Below are positions 27,641 to 38,026 of a stretch of 64,000 nt of DNA, piece by piece. How positions within the stretch are numbered: the stretch's first letter is position 1; each line of letters starts with the position of its first letter. Under the pieces are notes generated by a model. That model searched no databases. It was given only the letters and a program-made list of their open reading frames with translations, and was not told the origin of the DNA. A program made the position numbers and the translations under genes. Source of the DNA: an uncultured delta proteobacterium (GTDB taxonomy: Bacteria; Myxococcota; UBA727; VGSZ01); NCBI GenBank assembly GCA_963775425.1, contig CAVZJB010000004.1:224001-288000 (forward strand). The letters are read 5' to 3'.

Positions 27641-27907
27641 CTAGAACGGCTCCTTTTCCACGGACTTGATGATCCTGCTCTTCAGGTCTTCGCGGCGCTC
27701 GAGGTCCGCGAAGTTCAGGTTGGTCCGAGGCAAGATGAAAAACGCCTCGGGCTTCTGGATGTTTCCCTCGATGACGAGGTCGTCGAGGGTGATCTTCTTG
27801 CGCGGCCTGTCCTGCGCGAGCGCGCCACCCGCCGACAGCGCGACCGCGGCGGCGACGACGACCCCGCACAGCATGGCACGACGAGAAAGCCCGAACGACT
27901 GGCGCAC
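27641..27907 (-). CDS. Small secreted GltF/CglF-like protein
   Basis: Signal peptide, then I.LDDLVIEGNIQKPEAFFIL.R..L.F..L.R......I..SV; the GTG start has TACACT 6 nt upstream (alternative ATG at 27874). Confidence 0.8.
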   Translation of the reverse strand: MRQSFGLSRRAMLCGVVVAAAVALSAGGALAQDRPRKKITLDDLVIEGNIQKPEAFFILPRTNLNFADLERREDLKSRIIKSVEKEPF

Positions 27908-27968
27908 CGCGGCAGTGTAGGGGCGGATCCCGCCGCGCGGCAAGAAGGCCTCCTCGTCGAGGGGGGCG

Positions 27969-29450
27969 TTACGGCTTGGCACCGGAATCTCCCTTGGCAG
28001 GTGAGACCGCGCCGCCGGCGGGCGGGTTCCCGGCTGCCGCCTTGGCGGCATCCTCCTTGGCCTTTTTCGCGTCCCGCAGCTTCCGCTTCTCCTCGAACTG
28101 CTTGCGCTTGATCTCGCGCTCGACCCGCTTGTCGGTGGCGTCGATGTAGTCGTCGAGGCGTTTCCTCGTGGCGGCGTCGGGCTTGCCGGTGGACTTGTAT
28201 TGTTTGAGCTCCGCGAGCCCCTTTTGCAGGCGCGCGATCTCGTCGAGGCCCGGCACAGGGTCGTCGATGTAGAGCACGCCCAGGTTGAAGTGCGCCTCCG
28301 CGAACGCGGGGTCGTCGGCGAGCGCCTTATGGTAGGCCGCCTCCGCCTGCGGGTACTCCTTGAGGGCGCGCAGGCCGTTGCCGAGGTGGAGCTGCGCACG
28401 CGCGCTCTTGGGGTCGAGGCGCGCCGCCTCTTGAAACGCCCGCACCGCCTCGGTGGCGAGCCCCTGCCGGAGGAGCAGGACGCCGTAGTTGTCCTGCGCC
28501 TCGACGAGGGTGGGCCGCAGCCGCGCCGCCTTCTCGAACGACACGAGCGCCGCCTTGTCGTCGTCCTGCTCGAGCTGCACCTCGCCGAGCTCGAGGTGCA
28601 GGACGGCGTTTCCCGGCTCGACGTTCAGCGCGTTTTCGAGCGCGAAGCGCGCGGTGTCGAGGCGCCCCTGCGAGCGGAACAGCTTGGCCATCAGGAGCAT
28701 GGCGGGGACGCTCCGCTCGTCGTAGCGGATGGTGGCGAGCGCCTCATCATGCACCCTGGCCGTGTCCCTGTGGAGCCAGGCGAGGGTGGCGGCGGCGAGG
28801 TGGGGGCCCGCTTTGTCGGGCATCTTGTTCACGGCGTCATCTACGAGCCGCTTGGCCTCGCTCGATCTGCCCGTGCGATCCAGCAGGGCGGCGAGGTTGG
28901 CGAGCGCCGGGCCGTAATCGGGGCGCACGACGAGGGTCTGGCGGTAGTACTTCTCCGCCATGCCGGGATCGCCGGCGCTCTCGGCGGCGGCGCCGGCGTT
29001 GAACCACGCGGCGTAGAAGTAGGTGGCCTTGCCGGCGGCGTCGACGAAGCGCGACACGGCCGCGGCGGGGTCGGTGCGCGCCGTCTCCACGGCGGAGAGG
29101 AAGGCCTCCCTGCCGGCGCCCTTCTGGGGCAGCCAGTTGTCGTCGTCGATGCCGTCCTTGGACTTCTCGTCGACGGGCTTCGGCGGCGGCGTGGTCTCCG
29201 GCGGCGGCGGCGGCGGCGGCGTCGCCACGACGGGCTTGGGCTCCTCCTTCTTGGGAGGCGGCGGCATCGGACGCGCGGCGATGGGTCCGTCGGTCTTTGT
29301 CTCGTTGGTGCCGCAGCCGAGCCCGAGGAGGGCGGCGACGACCGCCGCCGCCCAGCGCGGCGCCGACGACGGAAAGGCCGACGACGGAAAGGAGGCTCCC
29401 CGCGGCGCAGGAGCCCCGGCCCCACCATCGGCGTCGCGCGAGAGAGTCAT
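27969..29450 (-). CDS. TPR lipoprotein (GltE/AglT-like)
   Basis: Lipobox LGLGC, Pro-rich linker, many TPRs (AWFNAG, ALANLA, AQDNYG, AHFNLGVLY); ATGA-coupled to the upstream gene. Confidence 0.82.
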   Translation of the reverse strand: MTLSRDADGGAGAPAPRGASFPSSAFPSSAPRWAAAVVAALLGLGCGTNETKTDGPIAARPMPPPPKKEEPKPVVATPPPPPPPETTPPPKPVDEKSKDGIDDDNWLPQKGAGREAFLSAVETARTDPAAAVSRFVDAAGKATYFYAAWFNAGAAAESAGDPGMAEKYYRQTLVVRPDYGPALANLAALLDRTGRSSEAKRLVDDAVNKMPDKAGPHLAAATLAWLHRDTARVHDEALATIRYDERSVPAMLLMAKLFRSQGRLDTARFALENALNVEPGNAVLHLELGEVQLEQDDDKAALVSFEKAARLRPTLVEAQDNYGVLLLRQGLATEAVRAFQEAARLDPKSARAQLHLGNGLRALKEYPQAEAAYHKALADDPAFAEAHFNLGVLYIDDPVPGLDEIARLQKGLAELKQYKSTGKPDAATRKRLDDYIDATDKRVEREIKRKQFEEKRKLRDAKKAKEDAAKAAAGNPPAGGAVSPAKGDSGAKP

Positions 29451-32400
29451 GCGCCGCCCCCGCCCTTTTGGAGCCGCTCGGCGGGGCCCGTGCCCGCGAC
29501 CTTGGCCTCGCCGGCGCCGCCGTCGGGCAGCACGAGGCCGATGGGGAGCGAAGCCCCATGCGCGGGCCGCGCGAGCGGGTCCTTGTCGATGGGGTAGTCC
29601 TGCGGGCGCAGCAGGTTGAGCGCCTCGAGCGTCTTCTTGGTCCACTCGTTCTTCAAGTGGAGCTCCTGGGATTTGTCGTACGCGATCTTGTACGCACCCA
29701 CGGCCTTGCCCTCGACGGCGTAGGCCTTGTCCTCGATGAGGTTCTGGTACTCGTCGCAGGCGGCCGCGCCCGCGAGGCGGCGCACGTCGTCGGGACAGGG
29801 CGACTTCAAGACGGTCTGCTCGAGGTTGTCGTAGAGGGAGCCGATGCGATACAGCGCCGCCAGGCTCCACTCGGCCGCCTTGTAGCGCGTGATGATGTCC
29901 TTGAACGTGGCCTCGACCTTCACGAGGCGCGCGGACTTGGCCTCGAGCTCCTTCACCTGCTTCTTGCTGTTGCGCGAGTTGATCTTCATCCCCTGGTAGG
30001 TGCCGAAGTCCTGCTCGGCGAGGCTGAACGCGCTCTTGGCCGCGAAGTACGCCGCCTGCGGCGAGCCCTTGGCGCGGTCGAACTCGCGAACGGCCGCCTG
30101 CCACGACGACGTCGCCGCGCGCTTCTCGCCGAGCTTGTCGTACAGCTCGCCCATGCGCGTGCGCGCCTCGATGACCTTGGGAGCCTGCGCGGCCCGGCTG
30201 TCGTAGCGGGCGACGAAGCGCTTCAACACGTCGAGCTCCGCCTTGGGGTTGTTCTTCTTCTTGTAGACGACGGCGGCCCGATAGAAGACGTCCGGCGCCT
30301 CGGCTTTGTCGGGGAACAGCGTCGCGAAGCGCTCGAACTCGCGCGCGGCCTGCTCGTACTTCTGCTGCCCCTCGAGGGCGAGCGCGGCGTTGATCTGCGC
30401 GTCGGACCGGCGCGGGCTCTTGGGGTACTGCTTGACGAGCTGCAGGTAGGTGTCGACGGCCTTGTCGAAGTTGAACGCCTGCTCGTTCTTGGTGGCCACG
30501 CGGAACATGGCCTCCGGCGCGTGCTCGCTGTCGGGGTAGTCCTTGTAGAGGCGCTCGTACAGCGCCGCCGCCTTGAGCGGCCGCTGCGCCGCCTCGAGCG
30601 AGAGCGCGGCGTTGTAGACCATGGAGTCCGCGAACTCGCGGTGCGGGTCCTCGCCGACGAGCTTCAGGTACTGCTCCGAGCCGGACTCGAGCAGCGCGTT
30701 GCCCTCCTGGATCTTCCCGTCCGCGACGAGCTTGCGCCCCTCCTCGAGCGTGTTCTTGGCGATCTCGAACTCGGCGCCGCCCTTGATCTTGGCGATGGCG
30801 TCCGCGTTCTCCTTGCCGCCGACCTGCTTTTTCTGGAACTGGTCGGCGTAGGCGGCGGCGCTCTTCCAGTCCTTCTTGGCGAGCAGGTTGTCGAGGATGA
30901 GGTTGGACGCGAACTTGGCCGCCTCCGTCTCCGGATAGCGGTCGACGACGGTCTGGAAGCGCGTGACGGCCTCGTCGTAGTGGCCGTACGCGTACAGGAT
31001 CTGACCCGCGCGATAGCCGAAGGCCGGCGCCATCTCGTGCTCGCCGCCCTTCTCGAGGAACTTGTCGATGGCCGCGATGTACTTCTTGCGGATCTCCGGG
31101 ATCTCCTGCGGCTTGTCGTCGGCCGTGCGCGTGCCGCCGGTGCTCACGTCCTTCTTCTCGAGCCGGCCGCCCTGCACCTGCTGGTCGATGATCTTCTCGT
31201 AGGAGTAGACCGCGTTGAGCGCCGCCTCCGCGCGGTACTTGGTGCCCGCCGGTGAGTCGCGCGTCTTCTCGTACGCGGCGACGGCGTCCTCGAAGCGCAG
31301 CGAGTAGTAGTAGGTCTCGGCGAGGTAGTAGCCGAGCTCGTAGGCGTTCTTGTCGTGCGGGTAGCGATCCAGGTACGTCTTGTACGCCTCGGACGCCGCC
31401 TTGAAGTAGTTGACCGCGAGCTCGGGCTTGTTGTCGTTGAAGTACTGCGTGGCTTGCTGGTGGTAGTACAGCGCCGCCGAGTAGAGGTTCGTGCGCGCCA
31501 GGTCCTCGGATTCGCGCAGCGCCTCGCTGTCGTTGGCGAACCGCTTGGCCCACGGTGAATTCGACGCGTAGGTCTTCACGAGGACGTCGCGGGCGGCGTT
31601 GGCCTTGTCGAACTGGCGCTCGCGCGTCCAGCTCTGCACGATGAGGTCCTGGAGCTTGGGCGCGTCTCTGTGGAGCGGGTCGAGCTCGATGGCGCGCTCG
31701 AGCGCGGCCACGGCCTGCACGTGCTTGGACTGCTTGAACAGGTTCTGGCCGAGGCGCGCCATGACGTCACGCTCGTAGGGCAATTGCTGCTTGCCCTCCT
31801 GCGCCGCCGTCTTGTGGAAGTAGTCCAGGGCGAAGCCGACGTAGTCGACGGAGAGCTCGGCGTCCGGATCGTCGAGGCTCTTGCCGCTGACGAGCTTGGT
31901 CCACTCGGGCCGCTTCCAGTTGTCGTCGCCGAAGCTGATGGCGACGTACTGCACGGACTCCTCCTCGAGGACGGAGCCGTTTTCGCCGGTGGCTTTGTCC
32001 TTGTGCGCGTAGCTGAAGTCGAGGAGCTCGAAGAAGCGCTGCACGCTCTCGTCGAAGCGGTTCACGAGGTAGTAGGTCCAGGCGAGCTTGTAGAGGCCCT
32101 TGTCGTAGAAGTCGCTGTCCTTGAGCGGCACGACGTGGAGGAACGCGGCGGCGGCGTCGTCCCACTTCTCGTCGTCGAAGTACTGATCGCCGATGCGGAA
32201 CCACACCTCGGCGTAGAACCGGCTCTTGGGAAAGCGGTTCACGAGCTGCATCCACGTGGCCAGCCCTTCGTCGGTCTGGCCCTGCGCGCGCAGCGTGTAG
32301 CCGAGGAGGTAGTAGGCGCCGTCGATGAGGCGGTAGTTGGGGTAGTCCTTGATGAGCCGCTGGTAGAGCGCGACGGTCTTTTCGAAGTGCTTCTGCGGCT

Positions 32401-32998
32401 CGTTGGGCGGGTCGCCCTTGCTGCCGGCATCCTGCCACTGCTTGTACTGGTCCTTGTATTCCTTGGACGCGAGCTGGTGCTCGTCGTCGTACTTCTCGAA
32501 GTAGAGCTCCGCGAGGCGGAAGATGGCGTCGGGCGTGAACTCGTCGTCGTGGGGGTGGCGCTCGAGGAACGCCTCGAACGCGGCGATGGCCTCGATGCGG
32601 CGCTCGCGCTCGGCCTTCACGATCGGGTCGATGGCGCGGCGGTAGTTGTCCTCGATCTTGTTGCGCCGCTCCTTGTACTTGCGCTCGGCGATGCGCCGCA
32701 CCTCGTCACGCGTCTCCTTGGCCTCGCGCTCGAACGCGCGCACGGCCTCGCGGAGGGACTCGTAGCGCGCCTTGGTGGTGGCGTCGTCGATGGGCGTCCC
32801 CGGCGGCGCCTCCGGCTCCACCTTCTTTTTGGGCTTGGGTGCGTCGGCGCTGTCGCCGACGTCGGCCTTGTCCTCGGCCTGCGGTGCCGTGGGCGAGACC
32901 CCGGGCGTCACCGGGTCGTCCGCCCGGGCCGCGCCGGCGGCCAGCAGCGCGGCGAGGCCGCACGCACCGATCCCGCAGCGCGCAACACACCGGGTCAC
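29447..32998 (-). CDS. Large secreted TPR protein (GltD/AgmU-like)
   Basis: 1183 aa; signal peptide; FRLAELYFE, YYLLGY, WFRIGD.YFD, YKLAWTYY; C-terminal W..AALYRIG and NEWT motifs. Confidence 0.85.
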   Translation of the reverse strand: MTRCVARCGIGACGLAALLAAGAARADDPVTPGVSPTAPQAEDKADVGDSADAPKPKKKVEPEAPPGTPIDDATTKARYESLREAVRAFEREAKETRDEVRRIAERKYKERRNKIEDNYRRAIDPIVKAERERRIEAIAAFEAFLERHPHDDEFTPDAIFRLAELYFEKYDDEHQLASKEYKDQYKQWQDAGSKGDPPNEPQKHFEKTVALYQRLIKDYPNYRLIDGAYYLLGYTLRAQGQTDEGLATWMQLVNRFPKSRFYAEVWFRIGDQYFDDEKWDDAAAAFLHVVPLKDSDFYDKGLYKLAWTYYLVNRFDESVQRFFELLDFSYAHKDKATGENGSVLEEESVQYVAISFGDDNWKRPEWTKLVSGKSLDDPDAELSVDYVGFALDYFHKTAAQEGKQQLPYERDVMARLGQNLFKQSKHVQAVAALERAIELDPLHRDAPKLQDLIVQSWTRERQFDKANAARDVLVKTYASNSPWAKRFANDSEALRESEDLARTNLYSAALYYHQQATQYFNDNKPELAVNYFKAASEAYKTYLDRYPHDKNAYELGYYLAETYYYSLRFEDAVAAYEKTRDSPAGTKYRAEAALNAVYSYEKIIDQQVQGGRLEKKDVSTGGTRTADDKPQEIPEIRKKYIAAIDKFLEKGGEHEMAPAFGYRAGQILYAYGHYDEAVTRFQTVVDRYPETEAAKFASNLILDNLLAKKDWKSAAAYADQFQKKQVGGKENADAIAKIKGGAEFEIAKNTLEEGRKLVADGKIQEGNALLESGSEQYLKLVGEDPHREFADSMVYNAALSLEAAQRPLKAAALYERLYKDYPDSEHAPEAMFRVATKNEQAFNFDKAVDTYLQLVKQYPKSPRRSDAQINAALALEGQQKYEQAAREFERFATLFPDKAEAPDVFYRAAVVYKKKNNPKAELDVLKRFVARYDSRAAQAPKVIEARTRMGELYDKLGEKRAATSSWQAAVREFDRAKGSPQAAYFAAKSAFSLAEQDFGTYQGMKINSRNSKKQVKELEAKSARLVKVEATFKDIITRYKAAEWSLAALYRIGSLYDNLEQTVLKSPCPDDVRRLAGAAACDEYQNLIEDKAYAVEGKAVGAYKIAYDKSQELHLKNEWTKKTLEALNLLRPQDYPIDKDPLARPAHGASLPIGLVLPDGGAGEAKVAGTGPAERLQKGGGGA

Positions 32999-35373
32999 GG
33001 GGCCTCGTCCTTGGTCAGGTCGGCGTACGCCTGCGTCAAGTCGGTGAGCTCCGCTGCCCGGGCGCGCTGCAGTTGGCCGATCTTCTCCGTCTCGGCCTGC
33101 TTACGCGCGAACGAGGTGTCCACGATCCCGACATCCGCGCGCAGCACGATGCGGTTGAGGTCGTGTCGCACCTTCTCGAGCGCGATCATGGTGGCCCGGT
33201 CGCGGACCGCCGTGGCCCGCTTGTCGATCTCGTCGAGCGAGCTGACGTACGTGGCCAAGGCGTCCTTTTCGGCCATCAACAACGCCCGCGCCCCCGTGAG
33301 CCGCTCCTCGACGATCCGATCGAGGCGCGTGCGGAAGGCGTCGTTTTCCTGGCTCAGCTCGTCGATGCGCTTCACCGCCGTGTCCAGGCGCGCGTAGACC
33401 GCGCCGTTGGCGGGGTCGCGTGCGCCGGCGAGGAGCGTGCGCTCCTCCTCGAAGGAGCGCGCGTAGGCCTGGCGCAAGAGCTCCTCGCCGCTGCCGCGGC
33501 CGCCGGCGGTGGCGATGCCCTTCTTGATCTCGGCGACCCGCTGCTTGAGCTCGGCCACCCGCTGCTCGAGGCCCTCGACGCGGGCGCGCGCGCCGCGCAG
33601 CTCGTTTTTGCGCAGCTCCGCCTTCACCTGCCCGAGCGCCGCGGCGGCGGGATCGTGGCTCACCATGAAGTCCACCGCGGTGAGCTCCGCGCGGCGCTGC
33701 CGCGTCTCGAGCTCCGCCTGGTGCAGCGCCTGATCGATCTTGACGAGGTGATCGAGCATGCCCTTGCGGCGCGCCGCCAGCGCCTGCTGCGTGCGCGGCA
33801 GTTGCGCGATCTTCTTTTCGAGGTCGGCGCGGCTCGCGCGCAAGCGGGCGAGCTGCTGCTGCAGCTCGGGCGACGGCCGCGCCAGCGTGCGCTCCACGAG
33901 CACGGCGTTCTGCTTGAGCCCGAGGAGCGTGTTCTCGAGCGAGGTCGACCGCTCCACCCCGCTCTGCAGCGGCTTGAACAGCTCGGTGCGATCGGGGTTG
34001 TCCGGCGACAATTCCTTGTCGAGCTCCTCGAGGAGCTTCTGCGTGGCGCTGATGTCGTCGCGGGACCTCTGGATGTCCTTGAAGACGTGCAGCGCCTTGG
34101 CCACCTCGACGTTGTTGGCGGCGCGCCTCGCCGCGAGCGGCGGCAGCTTGCTGTCGACCGTGAGGCCGCCCGACGACATCTGCAGGATGTCCGACAGCAG
34201 CCGCTCGCGGGTGCTGCGCTCGGTCATCAACGCCGACAACTGCGCGTCCGCCGCTTTGTACGTGTCGAGGACCTCGCCGAAGATGCCCTCGGCCTTCACG
34301 AACTCGTTGCGCTGCAAGCGGAGGTTGCCCGCGAGGATGTCGATCTCGGCGGCCTTGTCGCTGTCGGGCTCGAGGGCTTTGAGGTCGTCGAGCTCGTCGA
34401 GCGCCTTTTCGTACTCGACCTTGGCGCGGTCCCGCCGCTGCAGGTCGGTGAGGTTGTCGCCCTTCTTGCCGCGCAGCGCGAGCTGGCCGCGGCGCACGTA
34501 GGTCCACGTGACCTCGTAGAGCATGGTGGTGAGGAGCTTGGAGTCGTAGTTGATGTTCTGGTACGCGTCGATGCTCTCGCCGAGGCGGTCGGTCTCGTAA
34601 AAGAGACGGCCGCGCGCGAGGTGCGCCATCTCCTTCACCTCTTTGTCGTTCTTGTCGATGGGCTTGGCGAAGGCGACCTGGTTGAACATTTCCAGGGCGC
34701 CGTCGAGCTTGCCCTGTCGCACCATGGACGCGCCGATGAGGTAGCGCGAGCGCAGCGCGTACGCGTCCGCCGCCGGCACCTGCCGCAGCTCGTCGATGGC
34801 GGCGTCGTCCTTCTTGGCCAGGAAGAGGGACTTGCCACGGAGGTAGCGCACCTGCCCGGGGACCTCCTTGGCGACCTGGAGGTACTCCGCGTAGTACTTG
34901 TCGACGTCGTCGAAGCGGCCCTGCGCGTCGCCGATCTCCATCAGCCGCAGGATCGCCTGCTCGTGGTGGCCGTGACCCGCCAGCTTCAAGAGCTTCTCGT
35001 AGTAGCCCTGCGCCGCCGCCGTGTTGCCGAGCTGGTAGAGGCTGTCGGCGAGGTAATACAGCGCGTCGGCGTAGTCGGCGCGCTGCTCCACCGGTCTCTT
35101 GTCGTTGTCACGCGGCTCCACCGCGCCGAACAACAGCATGCTGGCGCGCTGGTACTCCTTGGTGAGGTAGTAGATCTCCCCCCACGTGACGCGCTGGCCG
35201 CGATCTTCCGTGGTGAACAGATCCGGCACGGTCTTGTACGAATCTTCGATCCGGCGCATCTCGCCGTCCGCGATCCCGATGTCGCGCTCGATTCGGCTCA
35301 GGTCTGACGCGCCCCCCGCCGGTTGCGCCGCGACGGCGGGCCCGGCGAGGCACGCGAGCACCAAAAGAATCAC
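32995..35373 (-). CDS. Secreted TPR and coiled-coil protein (GltC-like)
   Basis: Signal peptide; TPRs (LYYLADSLY, AHLARGRLFYE, LYEVTWTY); long coiled coil; RADVGIVD near the C-terminus. Confidence 0.78.
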   Translation of the reverse strand: MILLVLACLAGPAVAAQPAGGASDLSRIERDIGIADGEMRRIEDSYKTVPDLFTTEDRGQRVTWGEIYYLTKEYQRASMLLFGAVEPRDNDKRPVEQRADYADALYYLADSLYQLGNTAAAQGYYEKLLKLAGHGHHEQAILRLMEIGDAQGRFDDVDKYYAEYLQVAKEVPGQVRYLRGKSLFLAKKDDAAIDELRQVPAADAYALRSRYLIGASMVRQGKLDGALEMFNQVAFAKPIDKNDKEVKEMAHLARGRLFYETDRLGESIDAYQNINYDSKLLTTMLYEVTWTYVRRGQLALRGKKGDNLTDLQRRDRAKVEYEKALDELDDLKALEPDSDKAAEIDILAGNLRLQRNEFVKAEGIFGEVLDTYKAADAQLSALMTERSTRERLLSDILQMSSGGLTVDSKLPPLAARRAANNVEVAKALHVFKDIQRSRDDISATQKLLEELDKELSPDNPDRTELFKPLQSGVERSTSLENTLLGLKQNAVLVERTLARPSPELQQQLARLRASRADLEKKIAQLPRTQQALAARRKGMLDHLVKIDQALHQAELETRQRRAELTAVDFMVSHDPAAAALGQVKAELRKNELRGARARVEGLEQRVAELKQRVAEIKKGIATAGGRGSGEELLRQAYARSFEEERTLLAGARDPANGAVYARLDTAVKRIDELSQENDAFRTRLDRIVEERLTGARALLMAEKDALATYVSSLDEIDKRATAVRDRATMIALEKVRHDLNRIVLRADVGIVDTSFARKQAETEKIGQLQRARAAELTDLTQAYADLTKDEAP

Positions 35374-36191
35374 GGCGTGCTTCCCTGGTCCTTTTTCTCA
35401 ACCCGCGTGTCGTTGGTGATGCTCGTGTCGAAGCGGATGCGCGGGCGTTCCTCGAGCTGCGTGGTGAAGTTGCCCTGCTCGAAGCCCACCGCGTCGATGG
35501 TGACCACCTTCCCCGGCTCCGCCGTGAACGTGATGCTGTCCTTCAGCTTCCACGAATACGCCGAGAGGTAGCGGAAGACGCCCGTGCCGTCGCCCTTGTA
35601 GACGAGGTTCACGGTGAGCGTGTGGCTCCCCTCGACGATGTTGCCGTCCCAGACCGGCAGCTCCTTCTTCGCGGTGAGCTTGGTGCCCGCGGCGTCCACC
35701 TCCTGCCAGAGCGGCTGGCCGTCGAGGTAGTAGTTGGCCTCGACGAGCAGGAAGTTCGGCCCCATCTCGTTTTTGTGCACGATGACGATCTTGGCGCCGG
35801 TGCCGATGCCGCCGGAGACCTGCTCGGCGAGGAGCTGGAGCTTGGCCTTGGAGCGGAAGATCTGCTCCTTCAGCTCGGCGACCATGTCCTCGAGCTCGCG
35901 CATCTTGAGGTCGTACTCTTCGTCGGCCGTCTGTGCGGGCTGCGCATCCGTCGCCGGCGCGGCGGCGTCCGTCGTCGTCGCCGTCGTGGTCGTGGCGCCC
36001 GGCGCCGCCGCGGGCGGGGTCGTCGCCGGGGTCGTCGCCGCCGCCGGGGTCGCCGCCGCCGGGGTCGCCGCCGCCGGGGTCGTCGTCGCCGGCGCAGGCG
36101 GAGCCGCCTCCTCCGCGCCGGCGCGCGCCGCGACGAAGGTCAATCCGAACACGGTCGCAGCGACGAGGACGAGACGATGTCTCATGTGCAT
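35370..36191 (-). CDS. Secreted protein with an Ala/Thr/Pro linker, a short coiled coil and a beta-rich domain
   Basis: Signal peptide, PAAAT repeats, LE..V.ELKEQIFRSKAKLQLL, H.NEMG..F.L....Y.LDG, G.G.F.YL; lies between mglA and the TPR genes. Confidence 0.75.
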   Translation of the reverse strand: MHMRHRLVLVAATVFGLTFVAARAGAEEAAPPAPATTTPAAATPAAATPAAATTPATTPPAAAPGATTTTATTTDAAAPATDAQPAQTADEEYDLKMRELEDMVAELKEQIFRSKAKLQLLAEQVSGGIGTGAKIVIVHKNEMGPNFLLVEANYYLDGQPLWQEVDAAGTKLTAKKELPVWDGNIVEGSHTLTVNLVYKGDGTGVFRYLSAYSWKLKDSITFTAEPGKVVTIDAVGFEQGNFTTQLEERPRIRFDTSITNDTRVEKKDQGSTP

Positions 36192-36230
36192 GGCCCCTGG
36201 ATTAGCCGAAAGGCGCGCCGGCGGCCAGCG

Positions 36231-36863
36231 TCAGGACACAGGGCCGCGGCGGGTGGGCACACCGCCGGAGCCGGCCTCCGCGCCCTTGCGCAACTCCTGC
36301 AGCACCAACTTGGCGACGGCCTTCAGCGTGTCGAACACGCCGACGCCCGTGGTGGCGGTGGCCTCGAAGTCCGGCACGCTGCGCGGGTTCAACAGGCGCC
36401 GCAGCTCCTCGACGGTGGCCGCGTTCGGCAGGTCGCGCTTGTTGTACTGGATGACGTAGGGGATCCGATCGAGGTCGTACCCCTGCTCGCTCAGGTTGGT
36501 CCGCAGGTTCTCCACGGACTCGAGGTTGGCTTCCATGCGCTCGATCTGTGAGTCGGCGACGAAGCACACGCCGTCGACGCCCTTCAGGATGAGCTTGCGG
36601 GACGCGTCGTAGAAGACCTGGCCGGGAACCGTGTACAAATGAAAGCGCGTCTTGAACCCGCGAATCTCACCAAGAGAGAGCGGCAGGAAGTCGAAGAACA
36701 AGGTGCGCTCGGTCTCCGTCGCCAACGAGATCATCTTCCCCTTCGCGTCGGGGGAGGTCTTGTTGTAGACGTACTGCAAATTCGTGGTCTTCCCGCACAG
36801 ACCGGGACCGTAGTACACGATTTTGCAGTTAATCTCGCGTGACGAGTAGTTAATAAAAGACAC
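36231..36863 (-). CDS. mglA: Gliding-motility small GTPase MglA
   Basis: [58 protein letters not shown]; short extra C-terminal tail. Confidence 0.98.
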   Translation of the reverse strand: MSFINYSSREINCKIVYYGPGLCGKTTNLQYVYNKTSPDAKGKMISLATETERTLFFDFLPLSLGEIRGFKTRFHLYTVPGQVFYDASRKLILKGVDGVCFVADSQIERMEANLESVENLRTNLSEQGYDLDRIPYVIQYNKRDLPNAATVEELRRLLNPRSVPDFEATATTGVGVFDTLKAVAKLVLQELRKGAEAGSGGVPTRRGPVS

Positions 36864-36871
36864 TTGCGTCC

Positions 36872-37348
36872 TCAGCTACTGAACAGCGAATCGATGTCGT
36901 CGTCGGTGATCTCGGCGAAGGGCGAGGCCCCCGGCTGCTCTGCCTTCTGGGCCATGGCGTTGAAGATGGCGCTCAGCTCCTCCGACGCCTTGCGCACGCG
37001 GAGCCGAACCAGGCCGAGGCTCGAGCGCTGGTCGAAGATGACGACGAGGATGACGCGCTGGCCGATGATGGAGATGTGGAGGTTGTCCCGCTCTCCCTCG
37101 TGGAAGATCTGGGAGAACTCCTTCTCGTTGATCAGCTTGGCGATGCCACCGGTGGCGGCGATGTTGCCGGCGGTGAGGCTCGCGAGGCTGGTTGTGTCGA
37201 GGTGGGCGACATCGCCAGCGGACGCGATGGGATTGCCGTTCTTGTCGATGAGAAACACGACCTTCGCGTTGGCCTCGCGCACCAGCCGATCGCAGACCTT
37301 TTTGATCTGCTCGGCCTCCGCCTCGTGCATCACCATCTGGGTGCTCAT
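36872..37348 (-). CDS. mglB: Roadblock/LC7 GAP MglB
   Basis: [65 protein letters not shown]. Confidence 0.97.
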   Translation of the reverse strand: MSTQMVMHEAEAEQIKKVCDRLVREANAKVVFLIDKNGNPIASAGDVAHLDTTSLASLTAGNIAATGGIAKLINEKEFSQIFHEGERDNLHISIIGQRVILVVIFDQRSSLGLVRLRVRKASEELSAIFNAMAQKAEQPGASPFAEITDDDIDSLFSS

Positions 37349-37415
37349 GCCCTCGTCGATAGCACGAACCCCCGCCCAACCCCAAATCGCCGCCGACCGA
37401 CGGGGCATGCCTCCG

Positions 37416-38015
37416 TCAGAGCTGCCGGCGGGTTGACAGCGCGCGGGCCAGCGTGAGGCGGTCGGTGAACTGGAGCTCGCCGCCGACGGGGACGCCCTGG
37501 GCGATGCGGGACAGGGCGAGGCCGAGGGGCTGAAGCTGGCGGAACAAGTACAGCGCGGTGGCCTCGCCGTCGACCGAGGGCGGGGTGGCGAGGATGATCT
37601 CCTTCACCGCCTGGTCCGTCGACGACAGCCGCGCAAAGAGCTGCTGGATGCGCAGCTCGTCGGGGCCGACGCCGTCCAGGGGCGACAGCGTCCCGTGGAG
37701 GATGTGGTACCGCCCGCGCATCTCGCCGGTGGCCTCGACGGCGGCCTGGTCCTGGATGGTGGCGACGACGCACAGCACGGTGTCGTCGCGGCGGGGGTCG
37801 GCGCAGACGGCGCAGGGGCCCTCCGTGGCGCACAGCAGGCAGCAGCGCGGGCACTCGTGGACGCGCTCCGCGACGTCGACGAGGGCGGAGGCCAACGCGC
37901 GCATCAGCTCGCGATCCTGCCGCAGCAGGTGATGCACCAGGCGAACGGCGGTTCGCTCGCCGATGCCGGGCAGGCGCGAGAGCTGCGACACGAGGGTGCG
38001 GATGGGATCGCTCAC
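37416..38015 (-). CDS. recR: Recombination mediator RecR
   Basis: LPGIGERTA.RL, C..C......C..C zinc finger, YHILHG.LSPLDGVGP, GEATALY, RIAQGVPVGGEL; GTG start. Confidence 0.96.
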   Translation of the reverse strand: MSDPIRTLVSQLSRLPGIGERTAVRLVHHLLRQDRELMRALASALVDVAERVHECPRCCLLCATEGPCAVCADPRRDDTVLCVVATIQDQAAVEATGEMRGRYHILHGTLSPLDGVGPDELRIQQLFARLSSTDQAVKEIILATPPSVDGEATALYLFRQLQPLGLALSRIAQGVPVGGELQFTDRLTLARALSTRRQL

Positions 38016-38026
38016 GCCCCGCGCTT

